DNA of 64,000 nucleotides from Candidatus Saccharimonadia bacterium (GCA_046597065.1 JBKJLI010000002.1:52071-116070); one strand, 5' to 3'. Positions 9,534-19,467 are shown, counted from the stretch's first letter. Notes: generated by a model from the sequence alone, not told the origin. Made by a program: numbers and translations.

Positions 9534-9561
9534 GAGTTTATGAACTCATGAAGTCACCTCC
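9531..9561 (-). promoter_or_regulatory. Perfect 8-bp inverted repeat CATGAGTT-TATG-AACTCATG covering both the uORF ATG and the main ATG of the 8805-9533 gene, plus the GGAGGTGA SD
   Basis: Read directly from the sequence; operator or translation-control hairpin candidate. Confidence 0.35.
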
Positions 9562-9686
9562 AGATGTAGGGTACGAATACAATACCAAGTTATTAAACAG
9601 ATAAATACTCGTTTTGTCAATAATTGAATTAATAAATTTTGTCATATGTTCTGGATGTTTGTGACATCTGATCTTGGTACAATGGG

Positions 9687-11873
9687 GTGATGAGTATGTT
9701 GTTAAAAGATTTAAATGATCCGCAACGCCAAGCGGTGCTTCAAACCGAGGGGCCGGTGTTAATGTTGGCAGGAGCCGGTAGTGGTAAAACCAAGGCGCTA
9801 ACGCATCGGATTGCCCACTTGGTGGCCGATAAAGGTGTTTCGCCGGGACAAATACTGGCGGTAACCTTTACCAATAAAGCCGCTGGCGAGATGCGTGCGC
9901 GGGTGCTAACTCTACTAGGCAAACGGGTTGATAACCGTCATTTTTTGCCTTATATTGGCACCTTTCATTCAATATGCGTACGGATGTTGAGGCAAGATGG
10001 CGACCGGATTGGATTGAGTAAAAGTTTCAGTATTTTTGATGCTCAGGATTCACTATCGGCCACCAAGCAAGCCATGCGCCAAATTGGAATAGATGAAAAG
10101 CAGTTTTCGCCAAACTTAATATCTAACTTGATATCATCGGCCAAGAATGAACTGCTGGGCCCAGAAAGCTACGCAAAGCATGCCCATGGAGCCGCCCAAG
10201 AAGTGACAGCCAAGGTTTACCCACTGTATGAGCGTTTACTGACAGAAGCCGGCGCACTGGATTTTGATGATCTAATAATGAAAACGGTAAAAATGTTGAG
10301 CCAACCCGAACTGCTTCAAAAGTGGCAGCACCAGTTTGCTTACGTAATGATAGATGAGTATCAAGACACTAATCATGCCCAGTATCGGCTGGTAAAGCAG
10401 TTAGCCTTAAGTCATCGCAACATCTGTGTGGTTGGCGACGACTGGCAGGCTATTTATTCTTGGCGCGGTGCCAACTTTCAGAACATTCTGGATTTTGAAA
10501 AGGATTATCCCGATGCGGTGATTATCAAATTAGAGCAGAACTATCGATCGACCCAAAACATATTGGCGGCAGCCGATGCAGTGATCACTAAGAATCTGGT
10601 GCGCTCTAAAAAAGAGCTGTGGACCGATCAAGCCGACGGCGCCAAGGTGCAAGTAGTGACGGTTTATGATCAAAACCATGAGGCCGATACCATCTGTGAG
10701 TTAATTGATCGGCATGTAAGGGCAGGCGAATATAAGCTATGCGATTATGCAGTTTTATACCGAGTGGGCGCTCAGTCGCGGTCGCTAGAAGAGTCGCTAT
10801 TGCGACATAATCTGCCCTATAAGATTATTGGTGGTACGCGCTTTTATGAGCGCAAAGAGGTTAAAGACGCCCTGGCCTATCTGCGCTTTATCCATAACCC
10901 TGGTGATATCGTTAGTTTTAACCGCATTATTAATCTGCCGCCACGGGGCTTGGGCGACAAAAGCTTAGAGCGATTGGGGCAGTATCAACGCGGCCACAAT
11001 CTTAGCCTGTTAGATGCACTGCTGACTTCTAGCCAAGTCGAGAGCTTAACTCCTCGAGCACGGGAGGCTTTAATGCGTTTTTATGATCTGATTATGGGAT
11101 TACGAGGTGAAATCGAAAATCTTTCGATTGGCCAGTTGCTAGATCGGGCGCTTAAGCAAAGTGGATATATTGACTACTTAAACGACGGAAGTATTCCGGC
11201 GGCCGAGCGGTTAGAAAACATTGCCGAGTTGCTGCGAGTCTCTGAAACCTACAGCGAGCTAGGGCTAGAGGGCTTTTTAGAAGAGATTGCTCTGGTGTCA
11301 GACATCGACAACTACTCTACAGATGCTGATGCCGTTACATTGATGACGCTACATGCTGCCAAGGGGTTAGAGTTTGAGGTGGTGTTTATGCCCGGAATGG
11401 AGGAAGGGATCTTTCCTCATGGTCGTAGCGCATTTGATCAGTCCCAGCTCGAGGAAGAGCGGCGGTTGTGTTATGTGGGTATGACAAGGGCAAAACAGCG
11501 TTTGGTAATGCTTCATACCCAATCGCGCCTGCTTTATGGAGGGGTTCAGCATAATCCACCTTCGCGATTTTTGCTCGATATACCGGCGCAGCTACGTGAG
11601 GGCGATACGCTTACGGCTGGATCTACGGTTACAGCTCCTAGCCCAGAGCGGTTTGTGGGGGGTAACCCGTTTAATGATCTAGAGTTTGAAGGTTTAAGTG
11701 ACGGCTTGGCTCCAGAGAAAGCTAATCTAAAGCCAGGCGATCAAGTTAGCCATGCCAAGTTTGGAGAAGGCCTGGTGGTGTCGGTGGTTGGCGATGAACT
11801 TACGGCGACATTTGTGGGGGTTGGTACTAAAAAACTTAGTCTGTCGTTTGCACCGATTCAAAAGTTAAAATAA
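9687..11873 (+). CDS. uvrD: ATP-dependent DNA helicase UvrD/PcrA
   Basis: 728 aa; Walker A AGAGSGKT; helicase motifs (DEYQDTN, GDDWQAIY, VTLMTLHAAKGLEF). Promoter-like TTGTGACA...TGGTACAAT 8 nt before the start. Confidence 0.9.
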   Translation: MMSMLLKDLNDPQRQAVLQTEGPVLMLAGAGSGKTKALTHRIAHLVADKGVSPGQILAVTFTNKAAGEMRARVLTLLGKRVDNRHFLPYIGTFHSICVRMLRQDGDRIGLSKSFSIFDAQDSLSATKQAMRQIGIDEKQFSPNLISNLISSAKNELLGPESYAKHAHGAAQEVTAKVYPLYERLLTEAGALDFDDLIMKTVKMLSQPELLQKWQHQFAYVMIDEYQDTNHAQYRLVKQLALSHRNICVVGDDWQAIYSWRGANFQNILDFEKDYPDAVIIKLEQNYRSTQNILAAADAVITKNLVRSKKELWTDQADGAKVQVVTVYDQNHEADTICELIDRHVRAGEYKLCDYAVLYRVGAQSRSLEESLLRHNLPYKIIGGTRFYERKEVKDALAYLRFIHNPGDIVSFNRIINLPPRGLGDKSLERLGQYQRGHNLSLLDALLTSSQVESLTPRAREALMRFYDLIMGLRGEIENLSIGQLLDRALKQSGYIDYLNDGSIPAAERLENIAELLRVSETYSELGLEGFLEEIALVSDIDNYSTDADAVTLMTLHAAKGLEFEVVFMPGMEEGIFPHGRSAFDQSQLEEERRLCYVGMTRAKQRLVMLHTQSRLLYGGVQHNPPSRFLLDIPAQLREGDTLTAGSTVTAPSPERFVGGNPFNDLEFEGLSDGLAPEKANLKPGDQVSHAKFGEGLVVSVVGDELTATFVGVGTKKLSLSFAPIQKLK

Positions 11874-11897
11874 CGCCATTTATACCGCTTATGCTCC

Positions 11898-11926
11898 TTG
11901 ACATATATACCTGTAACGCTTACTAT
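11898..11926 (+). promoter_or_regulatory. Sigma70-like promoter TTGACA-17-TACTAT upstream of the RpfB-like gene; CTTATGCT motif abuts the -35
   Basis: Read directly from the sequence. Confidence 0.45.
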
Positions 11927-12166
11927 GTTTAATAGGATTTTCCAGATGTGGAGTCCCTAAAATACAAAGCCAAAATCGGTCGCTACTGACTAACTCGTGA
12001 GGCTTACATTTTAAGCAATCTCAGCACAGCGCTTCAAGCGCCTGCCGGCAGCAGTTTCCGTAAAATCCTGTCAGCTGTAGTAGGCGTTGCGTTTAGCATC
12101 ACTATTTTAGGACTTATAACGGGTTTAATCCCGCCACCAAAGTCGGCCCTGGCCGACTCATCGGCC

Positions 12167-13213
12167 GTGGTTAGCATTTATGCTGATGGCCAAAAACGGA
12201 TCGTTACATCGAACGCTCACAGCGTTGGTGAGGTACTTAAAGACAATAAAGTTGAAATATCCGAAGGTGATTTAATTGAACCAGATGTAAATACGTCGGT
12301 TTCCGAGGGCTTCTTTAATATTAATGTCTACCGGGCGCGGCCGGTAGTGGTGATTGACGGTCAGCGCGAGCTAAAGCTAAAAACGGCTTTGCAAAGCCCT
12401 AGTTTAATCGCTAAAACCGCTGGCTTAACGACTTATCCCGAAGACACTTATCGTGTTGATAACATCGACAACTTAGCTCAGCTGGCAACGGTTGGGCAAA
12501 AGATAACCATTGATCGGGCGACTCCGGTAATAATTCGTAGCGATGGCATAGACCAGCTAATTCGCACTCAACAGGCAACGGTGGGCGGCTTGCTTGATGA
12601 GCGCGATGTAGCATTGGGTCCTCAAGATGAGGTAGTGCCCCCTCGCGCAACGGCTATCACAGCCAATCTGGTGGTTACGATCAATCGGGTGCGTGTGGCA
12701 GTGGTTAAACAGACAGATGCGATCGCTCGAGCAGTGCAAACTGTTAAAGATGCCGGTTTGGCAGCTGGAGTTACCCAAGTAAAGACCGAAGGCAATGATG
12801 GTGAGCGGGTGACAACCTACCGTATTCATTATCAGAATGGCATTGAGCAAAGCCGCGACAAGCTGGATCAAGTTGTTACAAAGCAGCCTGCTACTAAAGT
12901 TGTTGTAGTAGGGATTCTCATAAATTACGGCGCCGACCCTGTTGAGCTGGGTCGACAACTGGCTGCTGAACGCGGCTGGACCGGCGATCAATGGACGGCA
13001 TTATATAGCTTATGGCAGCATGAATCGGGCTGGAACCCGGCTTCGCGCAACTTCTTTAGTGGCGCCTGTGGTATCCCTCAAGCCTATCCATGCAGCAAGA
13101 TCACCGATATGTCTACGGCAGGCCAGATAACCTGGGGTCTTAATTATATCGCCGGCAAATATGGTACCCCGGCCAACGCCTGGGCCTACTGGCAGCGAAA
13201 TCGCAGCTACTAA
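12167..13213 (+). CDS. RpfB-like cell-wall protein: DUF348 repeats + G5 domain + C-terminal transglycosylase-like domain. The true start probably lies upstream, since an in-frame TM segment is encoded before the called GTG
   Basis: VSIYADGQKRIVTSNAHSVGEVL (DUF348); TEGNDGERVTTYRIHYQNG (G5); LWQHESGWNPASRNFFSGACGIPQ. In-frame upstream ...FRKILSAVVGVAFSITILGLITGLIPPP with no ATG/GTG/TTG. Confidence 0.8.
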   Translation: MVSIYADGQKRIVTSNAHSVGEVLKDNKVEISEGDLIEPDVNTSVSEGFFNINVYRARPVVVIDGQRELKLKTALQSPSLIAKTAGLTTYPEDTYRVDNIDNLAQLATVGQKITIDRATPVIIRSDGIDQLIRTQQATVGGLLDERDVALGPQDEVVPPRATAITANLVVTINRVRVAVVKQTDAIARAVQTVKDAGLAAGVTQVKTEGNDGERVTTYRIHYQNGIEQSRDKLDQVVTKQPATKVVVVGILINYGADPVELGRQLAAERGWTGDQWTALYSLWQHESGWNPASRNFFSGACGIPQAYPCSKITDMSTAGQITWGLNYIAGKYGTPANAWAYWQRNRSY

Positions 13214-13277
13214 ATTCATCATCATCTAATTAAGTTTTAATTACGGCTCAGGCGGGAGTCTAAGCTAAACTAGGGTT

Positions 13278-14108
13278 ATGGATTTAACCGACCCTAAACA
13301 GTTAAAGATTGCCATGGAATTGGCCGGTCTACGCGCTCATAAGAGCTTGGGCCAGCATTTTTTGGTCGACCGTGAGGCATTAAAGGCGGTCATGGCGGCT
13401 GGTCGGGTTGGTCCCGATGATGTAATTGTCGAAATTGGGCCAGGCCTTGGGGTTATGACCACCGAACTGGCGGATCAAGCCGGCAAAGTTATCGCGCTGG
13501 AGCTTGATAATAACTTAGTTGAACTGCTTAAGCGGGACGCTCCAGCCAACCTGGAAGTGCGCCACCAAGATGTTTTGGATCTAGATTTTAGCACTCTACC
13601 CAAGGGTTATAAGGTGGTTGCCAATATTCCTTATTACCTCACTTCGGCAATATTTCGGCGTTTTTTAGAGAGCAGCAATCAACCTAAGCTAATGTCACTA
13701 CTAATCCAAAAAGAGGTGGCGCAGAGAGTTACCGCAGAACCGGGAAAAATGACGGTACTGGCGCTGAGTGTGCAGTATTACGGACAACCTAAATACATTC
13801 AGACGGTAGAACGGTTTAGCTTTTGGCCGGCTCCTAAGGTAGATTCAGCAATTTTACAGATTGAAGTTTTTGACCAGCCGGCCTTTCCTGCCGATCCTCA
13901 AAGATTGTTTCGATTAATTAAGGCGGGATTTGGCGAGCGCCGCAAAATGCTCAAAAACAGCCTTGCTGGGGGGTTGAATATCAGCATAGAGCTAGCTACC
14001 GAACTAGTTGCTGCCGCCGCGCTGGCACCCACTACCCGAGCCCAGGAACTGGCAATGTCTGAATGGGAGCGATTATATAGTCAGGCAACTAGTAGTCAAC
14101 TAATTTAA
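13278..14108 (+). CDS. rsmA: 16S rRNA (adenine1518/1519-N6)-dimethyltransferase RsmA/KsgA
   Basis: 276 aa; KSLGQHFLVD, IGPGLG, NIPY motifs. Confidence 0.9.
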   Translation: MDLTDPKQLKIAMELAGLRAHKSLGQHFLVDREALKAVMAAGRVGPDDVIVEIGPGLGVMTTELADQAGKVIALELDNNLVELLKRDAPANLEVRHQDVLDLDFSTLPKGYKVVANIPYYLTSAIFRRFLESSNQPKLMSLLIQKEVAQRVTAEPGKMTVLALSVQYYGQPKYIQTVERFSFWPAPKVDSAILQIEVFDQPAFPADPQRLFRLIKAGFGERRKMLKNSLAGGLNISIELATELVAAAALAPTTRAQELAMSEWERLYSQATSSQLI

Positions 14109-14147
14109 GGTTTGCTTGCAGCAGATCATAAGCGCTATCATTAAGTT

Positions 14148-15986
14148 ATGATTAAACGCTGGCTAAGTACAGTTTGGTTAGCGCTGTTAATGCTGGTTTG
14201 GGCTTGGCCATCTACTGGCGGAGCGGCCGGTGATTTTAGCTATGCGACTTCGGTTACCTACCGTGTGGATGGTGCTGGGCTTACCAACGTCGAAGAGCAC
14301 TATGAAATCACCAACAACACCCCGCGTCTGTATTTAAGTAAGCTACAGCTATCAACCCCAACAAATGATGTCGAGGGCGTTAATGCTAGCTATGATGATG
14401 GCGGCGATCTGCCTGTAAGCTCATCCGAGCAAACCAGTGATCGCGCCGGCGGCTATAAGTACCAACGTCTAACCATCGCATTTCCCAAACAGCGGTACGG
14501 CCAGGGCAAAAAATGGTCGTTTACGCTCCGCTATCAAACCAAGGATTTAGTTGATAGTAAGGGGGGCTCACATACAGTCTACATACCCCAGATCGAACCG
14601 GCCGATGGAACCGACCGCTATGACGTCACAGTCGTGGTTCCAGAAAACTTTGGTGGCGCACATTTTAGTGGCGCAAAACTGGCCTCGAGGGGAAAGACCG
14701 CCGGTGAACAGTTTTTTCACTTTAGCCAAGACGAGTTGGTTAAGAATTCTTTGGCGCTGGCGTTTGGCGACATAAATCGGTACAAGTTAAACTTTAATTT
14801 TCCGCTAAAAAATGACTCACCCTTTACACGTACCATGACAGTGGCTTTGCCACCCAACCTAAACAATCAAAACGTTTACGTTAACTCATTATCTCCCGCC
14901 CCCCAGGGCACTCGTGTTGATGCAGATGGTAATACCTTGGCCGATTACAGTGTTGGAGGCGGCCAAAGCTTGATCGTTAAAACCGATGTGGTTGGCGAGG
15001 TTAAGCATCGCGACTATGACCTTTCTAAATCCGGTAAAAAGGGGGATTTACCGGCCGATTTAGTACGCCGTTATACCGGGCAAACTCAGTATTGGCAGGC
15101 CAATCGTGACATATCGTCGGCTGCGGCAAGTGTCAGTAACCCAAAAAAACTGGTGGCCGAGAATGTTAGGGCCATGTATCAGTACGTTATCGACCGGCTA
15201 AGTTACAATAACGATAAGATCGCCTTTAATGTTCGGCAAGGATCGGCCAAAGCCTTTAGCGATCCAAGCAACTCGGTTTGTCTGGAATATGCTGATTTAC
15301 TGGTTGCCATGTTGAGATCGCAAGGTATTCCGGCGCGGATGCCGGTTGGGTATGGCTATAGCGGTAATCTAAAACAATCTTCATTGGTTGCAGACTCGCT
15401 GCACTCTTGGGTTGAGGCATATGTTCCGGGTGTAGGATGGATGACACTAGATCCTACTTGGGGCGAAAAGTTTGATGACTTTGGCCAAAGCGACCTTGAT
15501 CATATGGCTTTTAGCATCTGGGGCTCAAGCGATGATCGCCCCAATGCGGTGATGGCCGGTAGCAGTGACCAAAATTATCAGTATGAGCAGACTGAACTTA
15601 GCTATATTTATACCGCACCACCAATGCCAACTGGTTCACGCGTCGAGGCCACTAGATATCCAATATTGCCATGGATTGCAATTGATCAAATATCGGCTAT
15701 TGGGCAGTCTCAGGTGGTTGTAAATAATGCCGCGGTTACGATCGGCAATGCCCAAGTCGGCTTAGGAGATTTGGCACCCTCTCAACACGCCGTGCGCTAT
15801 CAACTACACCTTGGCTCGGATTGGCTGGGGGCGCCAAACCTAAAATTATTGGTAGCGGGCAACTCGATTGCTAGTGGAAAGGCTAAGCTTAATTATTTGG
15901 GCCTTGGCTTGTTGCCAGTGTTGGTATTTGGTTTGATATTGTTATTACGTCACTATCGCAAACCACCGCCAGAGCTCGACCGCTAA
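14148..15986 (+). CDS. Transglutaminase-like (Cys-His-Asp) domain protein, signal peptide and C-terminal TM anchor
   Basis: CLEYADLLVAMLRSQGIPAR...HSWVEAY...LDPT transglutaminase core. C-terminal LGLGLLPVLVFGLILLL. Confidence 0.75.
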   Translation: MIKRWLSTVWLALLMLVWAWPSTGGAAGDFSYATSVTYRVDGAGLTNVEEHYEITNNTPRLYLSKLQLSTPTNDVEGVNASYDDGGDLPVSSSEQTSDRAGGYKYQRLTIAFPKQRYGQGKKWSFTLRYQTKDLVDSKGGSHTVYIPQIEPADGTDRYDVTVVVPENFGGAHFSGAKLASRGKTAGEQFFHFSQDELVKNSLALAFGDINRYKLNFNFPLKNDSPFTRTMTVALPPNLNNQNVYVNSLSPAPQGTRVDADGNTLADYSVGGGQSLIVKTDVVGEVKHRDYDLSKSGKKGDLPADLVRRYTGQTQYWQANRDISSAAASVSNPKKLVAENVRAMYQYVIDRLSYNNDKIAFNVRQGSAKAFSDPSNSVCLEYADLLVAMLRSQGIPARMPVGYGYSGNLKQSSLVADSLHSWVEAYVPGVGWMTLDPTWGEKFDDFGQSDLDHMAFSIWGSSDDRPNAVMAGSSDQNYQYEQTELSYIYTAPPMPTGSRVEATRYPILPWIAIDQISAIGQSQVVVNNAAVTIGNAQVGLGDLAPSQHAVRYQLHLGSDWLGAPNLKLLVAGNSIASGKAKLNYLGLGLLPVLVFGLILLLRHYRKPPPELDR

Positions 15987-16010
15987 CCTGTTTTTGGCTA
16001 CAATAAGCCC

Positions 16011-17453
16011 ATGTCTAAGTTTTTCATCACCACGCCAATCTACTACATAAACGATAAGCCACACATTGGCCATGCCTATTCGACGTTTGTTGGCGACGCT
16101 TTGGCACGATGGCACCGCCAGCAGGGTGACGAGGTTTTGTTTACAGTTGGTACAGATGATAACAGTCAAAAAACGGTCTTGGCAGCGGCTGATGCCAAAC
16201 AACCCACAGCTGCATATGCCGATAAAATGGCCAAGTTGTGGAAGGATACTTGGGATGAGTCGGGAATCAGCTACAACCGCTTTATACGCACCACTGAAGA
16301 CGATCACAAGCAGGCGGTTTACGCACTTATAGCCAAGGCCGAGGCGGCTGGTGATATTTATAAGGGTGAGTATGAAGGTCTGTACTGTGTAGGGCATGAA
16401 GCTTACATGCGCGAAGATGAGCTTATTGACGGAAAGTGTCCGGAGCATGGCAAGGCACCGGAACATCGAAAAGAACCCAATTATTTTTTTAAGCTTTCGA
16501 AATATCAGCAGAAATTGCTAGATCATATCGAAAAACACCCCGAGTTCATGCAGCCAGAATCGCGCCGCAACGAGGTAGTGGCTTTCATAAAACGCGGGCT
16601 CGATGACATTAGTATTTCACGCAAGGATCCAGAGTGGGGAATTCCGTGGCCTGGCGACAAGAGCCAAGCAGTATACGTGTGGTTTGATGCTCTGGTTAAT
16701 TATTTAACGGTTACGGGTTACCCCAAAGCCGGTTTTGAAAAGCTGTGGCCGGCCGATGTCCATATTGTGGGTAAGGATATTATAAAGTTCCATGGCATCT
16801 ACTGGCCGGCAATGTTAATGAGCGCCGGTTTGCCGCTACCTAAAGCGGTGTTTGCGCATGGCTTCTTTACCATCGAAGGTCAGAAAATATCCAAGTCTTT
16901 GGGTAATGTGATTGATCCAGTACAGCTAGCCGGCGATTATGGCGTTGATGCTCTTCGTTATTATCTGCTGCGTGAAATTAGTATGGGTAATGACGGCGAG
17001 TTTACCCACGCTCGTTTTCGCGAGGTTTATGAAACCGAGTTAGCCAACGAGCTAGGTAACGCCGTGCAGAGAGTCGCGGCAATGATTAGCAAGTACTTGG
17101 GCGGAACTGTAGGCGTGGCAGCCCCCAGTGCACATGATACCGGCCCGATTCGTGAGGCAATGGGGCGATTTAGAATCGATCAGGCCCTTAATGAGATATG
17201 GGTGCATGTACGCGGCATCAACCAGTACATAGAGGAGGCTAAACCCTGGGAGCTGGCTAAAACCGACAAAGACCAGTTGGTTCAAGTGCTAGAGCAGGCG
17301 ACAGCCGATCTGCTTCAAGTTGCTCGTTTGTTAATGCCGTTTATACCTGCCACCAGTGAGCGTATTATCAAGACTTTTGAAGATGGTCGGGTGCACCCCG
17401 AGGTTGGTATTCTGTTTCCGAAGTTTGAAGATAGTGTAAAACCAAAAGCCTAG
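16011..17453 (+). CDS. metG: Methionyl-tRNA synthetase (short form)
   Basis: HIGHAYS (HIGH) and KISKSLGN (KMSKS) motifs. Extended -10 TGGCTACAAT 9 nt before the ATG. Confidence 0.95.
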   Translation: MSKFFITTPIYYINDKPHIGHAYSTFVGDALARWHRQQGDEVLFTVGTDDNSQKTVLAAADAKQPTAAYADKMAKLWKDTWDESGISYNRFIRTTEDDHKQAVYALIAKAEAAGDIYKGEYEGLYCVGHEAYMREDELIDGKCPEHGKAPEHRKEPNYFFKLSKYQQKLLDHIEKHPEFMQPESRRNEVVAFIKRGLDDISISRKDPEWGIPWPGDKSQAVYVWFDALVNYLTVTGYPKAGFEKLWPADVHIVGKDIIKFHGIYWPAMLMSAGLPLPKAVFAHGFFTIEGQKISKSLGNVIDPVQLAGDYGVDALRYYLLREISMGNDGEFTHARFREVYETELANELGNAVQRVAAMISKYLGGTVGVAAPSAHDTGPIREAMGRFRIDQALNEIWVHVRGINQYIEEAKPWELAKTDKDQLVQVLEQATADLLQVARLLMPFIPATSERIIKTFEDGRVHPEVGILFPKFEDSVKPKA

Positions 17454-17456
17454 GTC

Positions 17457-18272
17457 GTGGAGCGACCATTGACACAACCTAAGCCTCGCTTAACCTTACG
17501 ACCAGATGGCTCGCCGCGACTGATCGACACTCATGCACACCTGCATTTTAAGCAGTTTGCAGGAGAAGTCGATGCGGCGATTAAGCAGGCTGAGGAGGCT
17601 GGCGTCGACCGAATTATAACTGTGGGGGTTGATACTGCCGATAGCCGCAAGGCGGTGGAGCTGGCGGCGCGTTATGAGAATATTTGGGCGACGGTGGGAG
17701 TGCATCCGCACGCCGCCGCCGAGTATCCGCAAGGCGCCAATTATTTGCGCGACCTGGCGGCCGAGCGTAAGGTAGTAGCCATCGGCGAGTGTGGTTTGGA
17801 TTACTTTAAATCAACAGCTAGTAAAGCCGAGCAAGCGGTGGCATTGCGCGGCCAAATTGAGTTGGGGTTAAAGCTCGAGCTACCAGTAGTGTTCCATGTG
17901 AGGGAGGCGTTTGATGATTTCTTTGCCATCATTAGAGGCTACACCGGCGTACATGGAGTGGTGCATAGTTTTAGCGGAGGCGAGGCAGAATTAGACCAGG
18001 CACTGTCAGCTGGGCTGATGGTGGCGCTAAATGGCATTATGACTTTTACCAAAGATTCGAGCCAGCTAGAGGCCGCCAAAAAAGTGCCGGCTAGTAGCAT
18101 GATTTTAGAAACCGACTGCCCCTTTTTAGCACCACTGCCATACCGCGGCAAAACCAACCAACCGGCGTATACGGCTGACATCGCCGGGTTCTTGGCCGGC
18201 CTACGGGGTGAGTCGCTTTCCGAGATTGCCGGATATACCACCGCTAATGCCGAAAGGTTGTTTGGGCTGTGA
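17457..18272 (+). CDS. tatD: TatD-family metal-dependent hydrolase/DNase
   Basis: LIDTHAHL and TIM-barrel hydrolase motifs. Confidence 0.85.
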   Translation: MERPLTQPKPRLTLRPDGSPRLIDTHAHLHFKQFAGEVDAAIKQAEEAGVDRIITVGVDTADSRKAVELAARYENIWATVGVHPHAAAEYPQGANYLRDLAAERKVVAIGECGLDYFKSTASKAEQAVALRGQIELGLKLELPVVFHVREAFDDFFAIIRGYTGVHGVVHSFSGGEAELDQALSAGLMVALNGIMTFTKDSSQLEAAKKVPASSMILETDCPFLAPLPYRGKTNQPAYTADIAGFLAGLRGESLSEIAGYTTANAERLFGL

Positions 18273-19453
18273 GTAAACGGGTGTATCTAGATTATGCTGC
18301 CGCCACACCAGTTGATAAACGCGTGCTTAAGGCCATGCAACCTTATTTAAGTGATCGCTTTGCCAACCCCTCGTCGCTGCATAGTGACGGCCGGGCTCAG
18401 CGGGCGGCATTAGAGCAGGCCCGTGCGCAAGTGGCTAAGGTCTTAGGCGCCAAGCCAGCCGAAATAATCTACACCAGTGGCAGTACCGAGGGCATAAATT
18501 TAGCAATCCAGGGTATTGCCAGCCAGTACCCAGGAGGAAGAATAGCGATTAGTGCCATAGAGCACGAAGCGGTCTGGGAGCTAGCTGATCACTTTGAAAC
18601 CAGTGGTCGACCAATCAAAGTGGTGACGGTAGGGGAGAGCGGCTTGGTTTCGTCAGATCAAGTCAATCAGGCGATTGATGATCACACGGTATTACTATGC
18701 GTTCAGTATGTTAATCATGAGATTGGTACAATCCAGCCGGTGGCTAAGATTGCACAGGTAGTCGCCGAAATTCGTGAGGATCGAGCGGCTCGCGGCATAA
18801 TCATGCCACTGTACTTTTTTTGTGATGCTGCTCAGGCTAGTTTAATGAGTTTAGCGGTAGCTAGGTTGGGCATCGACATAATGTCACTTGGAGCCAGCAA
18901 GCTGTATGGCCCAACTGGAAGCGGTGTCCTTTATGTAAAAACTGGCACCCCTTTGCAGCCACTCTATTACGGCGGGGGGCAAGAAGCTGGCTTACGCAGC
19001 GGAACCGAATCGGTTGTCGGCGCAGTTGGGCTGGCCGAAGCATTAGAGCTGGCGGCGAGTGAAAGGGCTAAAGAGACCAAGCGCCAGCAAGCACTAACGG
19101 TTTGGCTTTGGCGTGAACTTAACCATAGAGTTGATGGGTTGGTTTTTAATGGCGATAAAAGGCAGCGCTCGGCTGGTAATCTTAATTTTAGCGTTCGTGG
19201 CGTTGGGGGTGAGGCATTGCAATCATATTTAGATAAAGCCGGTTTTGCGGTGGCCACTGGCTCGGCTTGTAGCGCCGGGAATGGACGACCGTCTAGGGTG
19301 CTAATGTCGATTGGATTAAATGATATTGCGGCCGATAGTAGCATACGCCTATCTATAGGTCGGCCAACCTCTAAATCTCAGCTAACAGATTTTATAGGGG
19401 CTTTTGTTAAATCCGTAATCCGCCTGCGCGAACTATCGCAAAAGGCCTCCTAA
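18269..19453 (+). CDS. Cysteine desulfurase (class V aminotransferase, IscS/NifS-like)
   Basis: 394 aa; PLP-fold motifs; active-site region SGSACSAG. Confidence 0.85.
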   Translation: MSKRVYLDYAAATPVDKRVLKAMQPYLSDRFANPSSLHSDGRAQRAALEQARAQVAKVLGAKPAEIIYTSGSTEGINLAIQGIASQYPGGRIAISAIEHEAVWELADHFETSGRPIKVVTVGESGLVSSDQVNQAIDDHTVLLCVQYVNHEIGTIQPVAKIAQVVAEIREDRAARGIIMPLYFFCDAAQASLMSLAVARLGIDIMSLGASKLYGPTGSGVLYVKTGTPLQPLYYGGGQEAGLRSGTESVVGAVGLAEALELAASERAKETKRQQALTVWLWRELNHRVDGLVFNGDKRQRSAGNLNFSVRGVGGEALQSYLDKAGFAVATGSACSAGNGRPSRVLMSIGLNDIAADSSIRLSIGRPTSKSQLTDFIGAFVKSVIRLRELSQKAS

Positions 19454-19467
19454 AGTATAATTTAAGC

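Noticed and set aside
8736-9551. 271 aa + strand ORF overlapping the cassette gene A
   Set aside because: Ala/Leu/Arg/Val-rich low-information translation typical of an antisense frame in high-GC DNA. The minus-strand ORF has protein-like composition plus an SD and uORF. The same reasoning applies to the + ORFs at 7785-7970 and 7998-8279.
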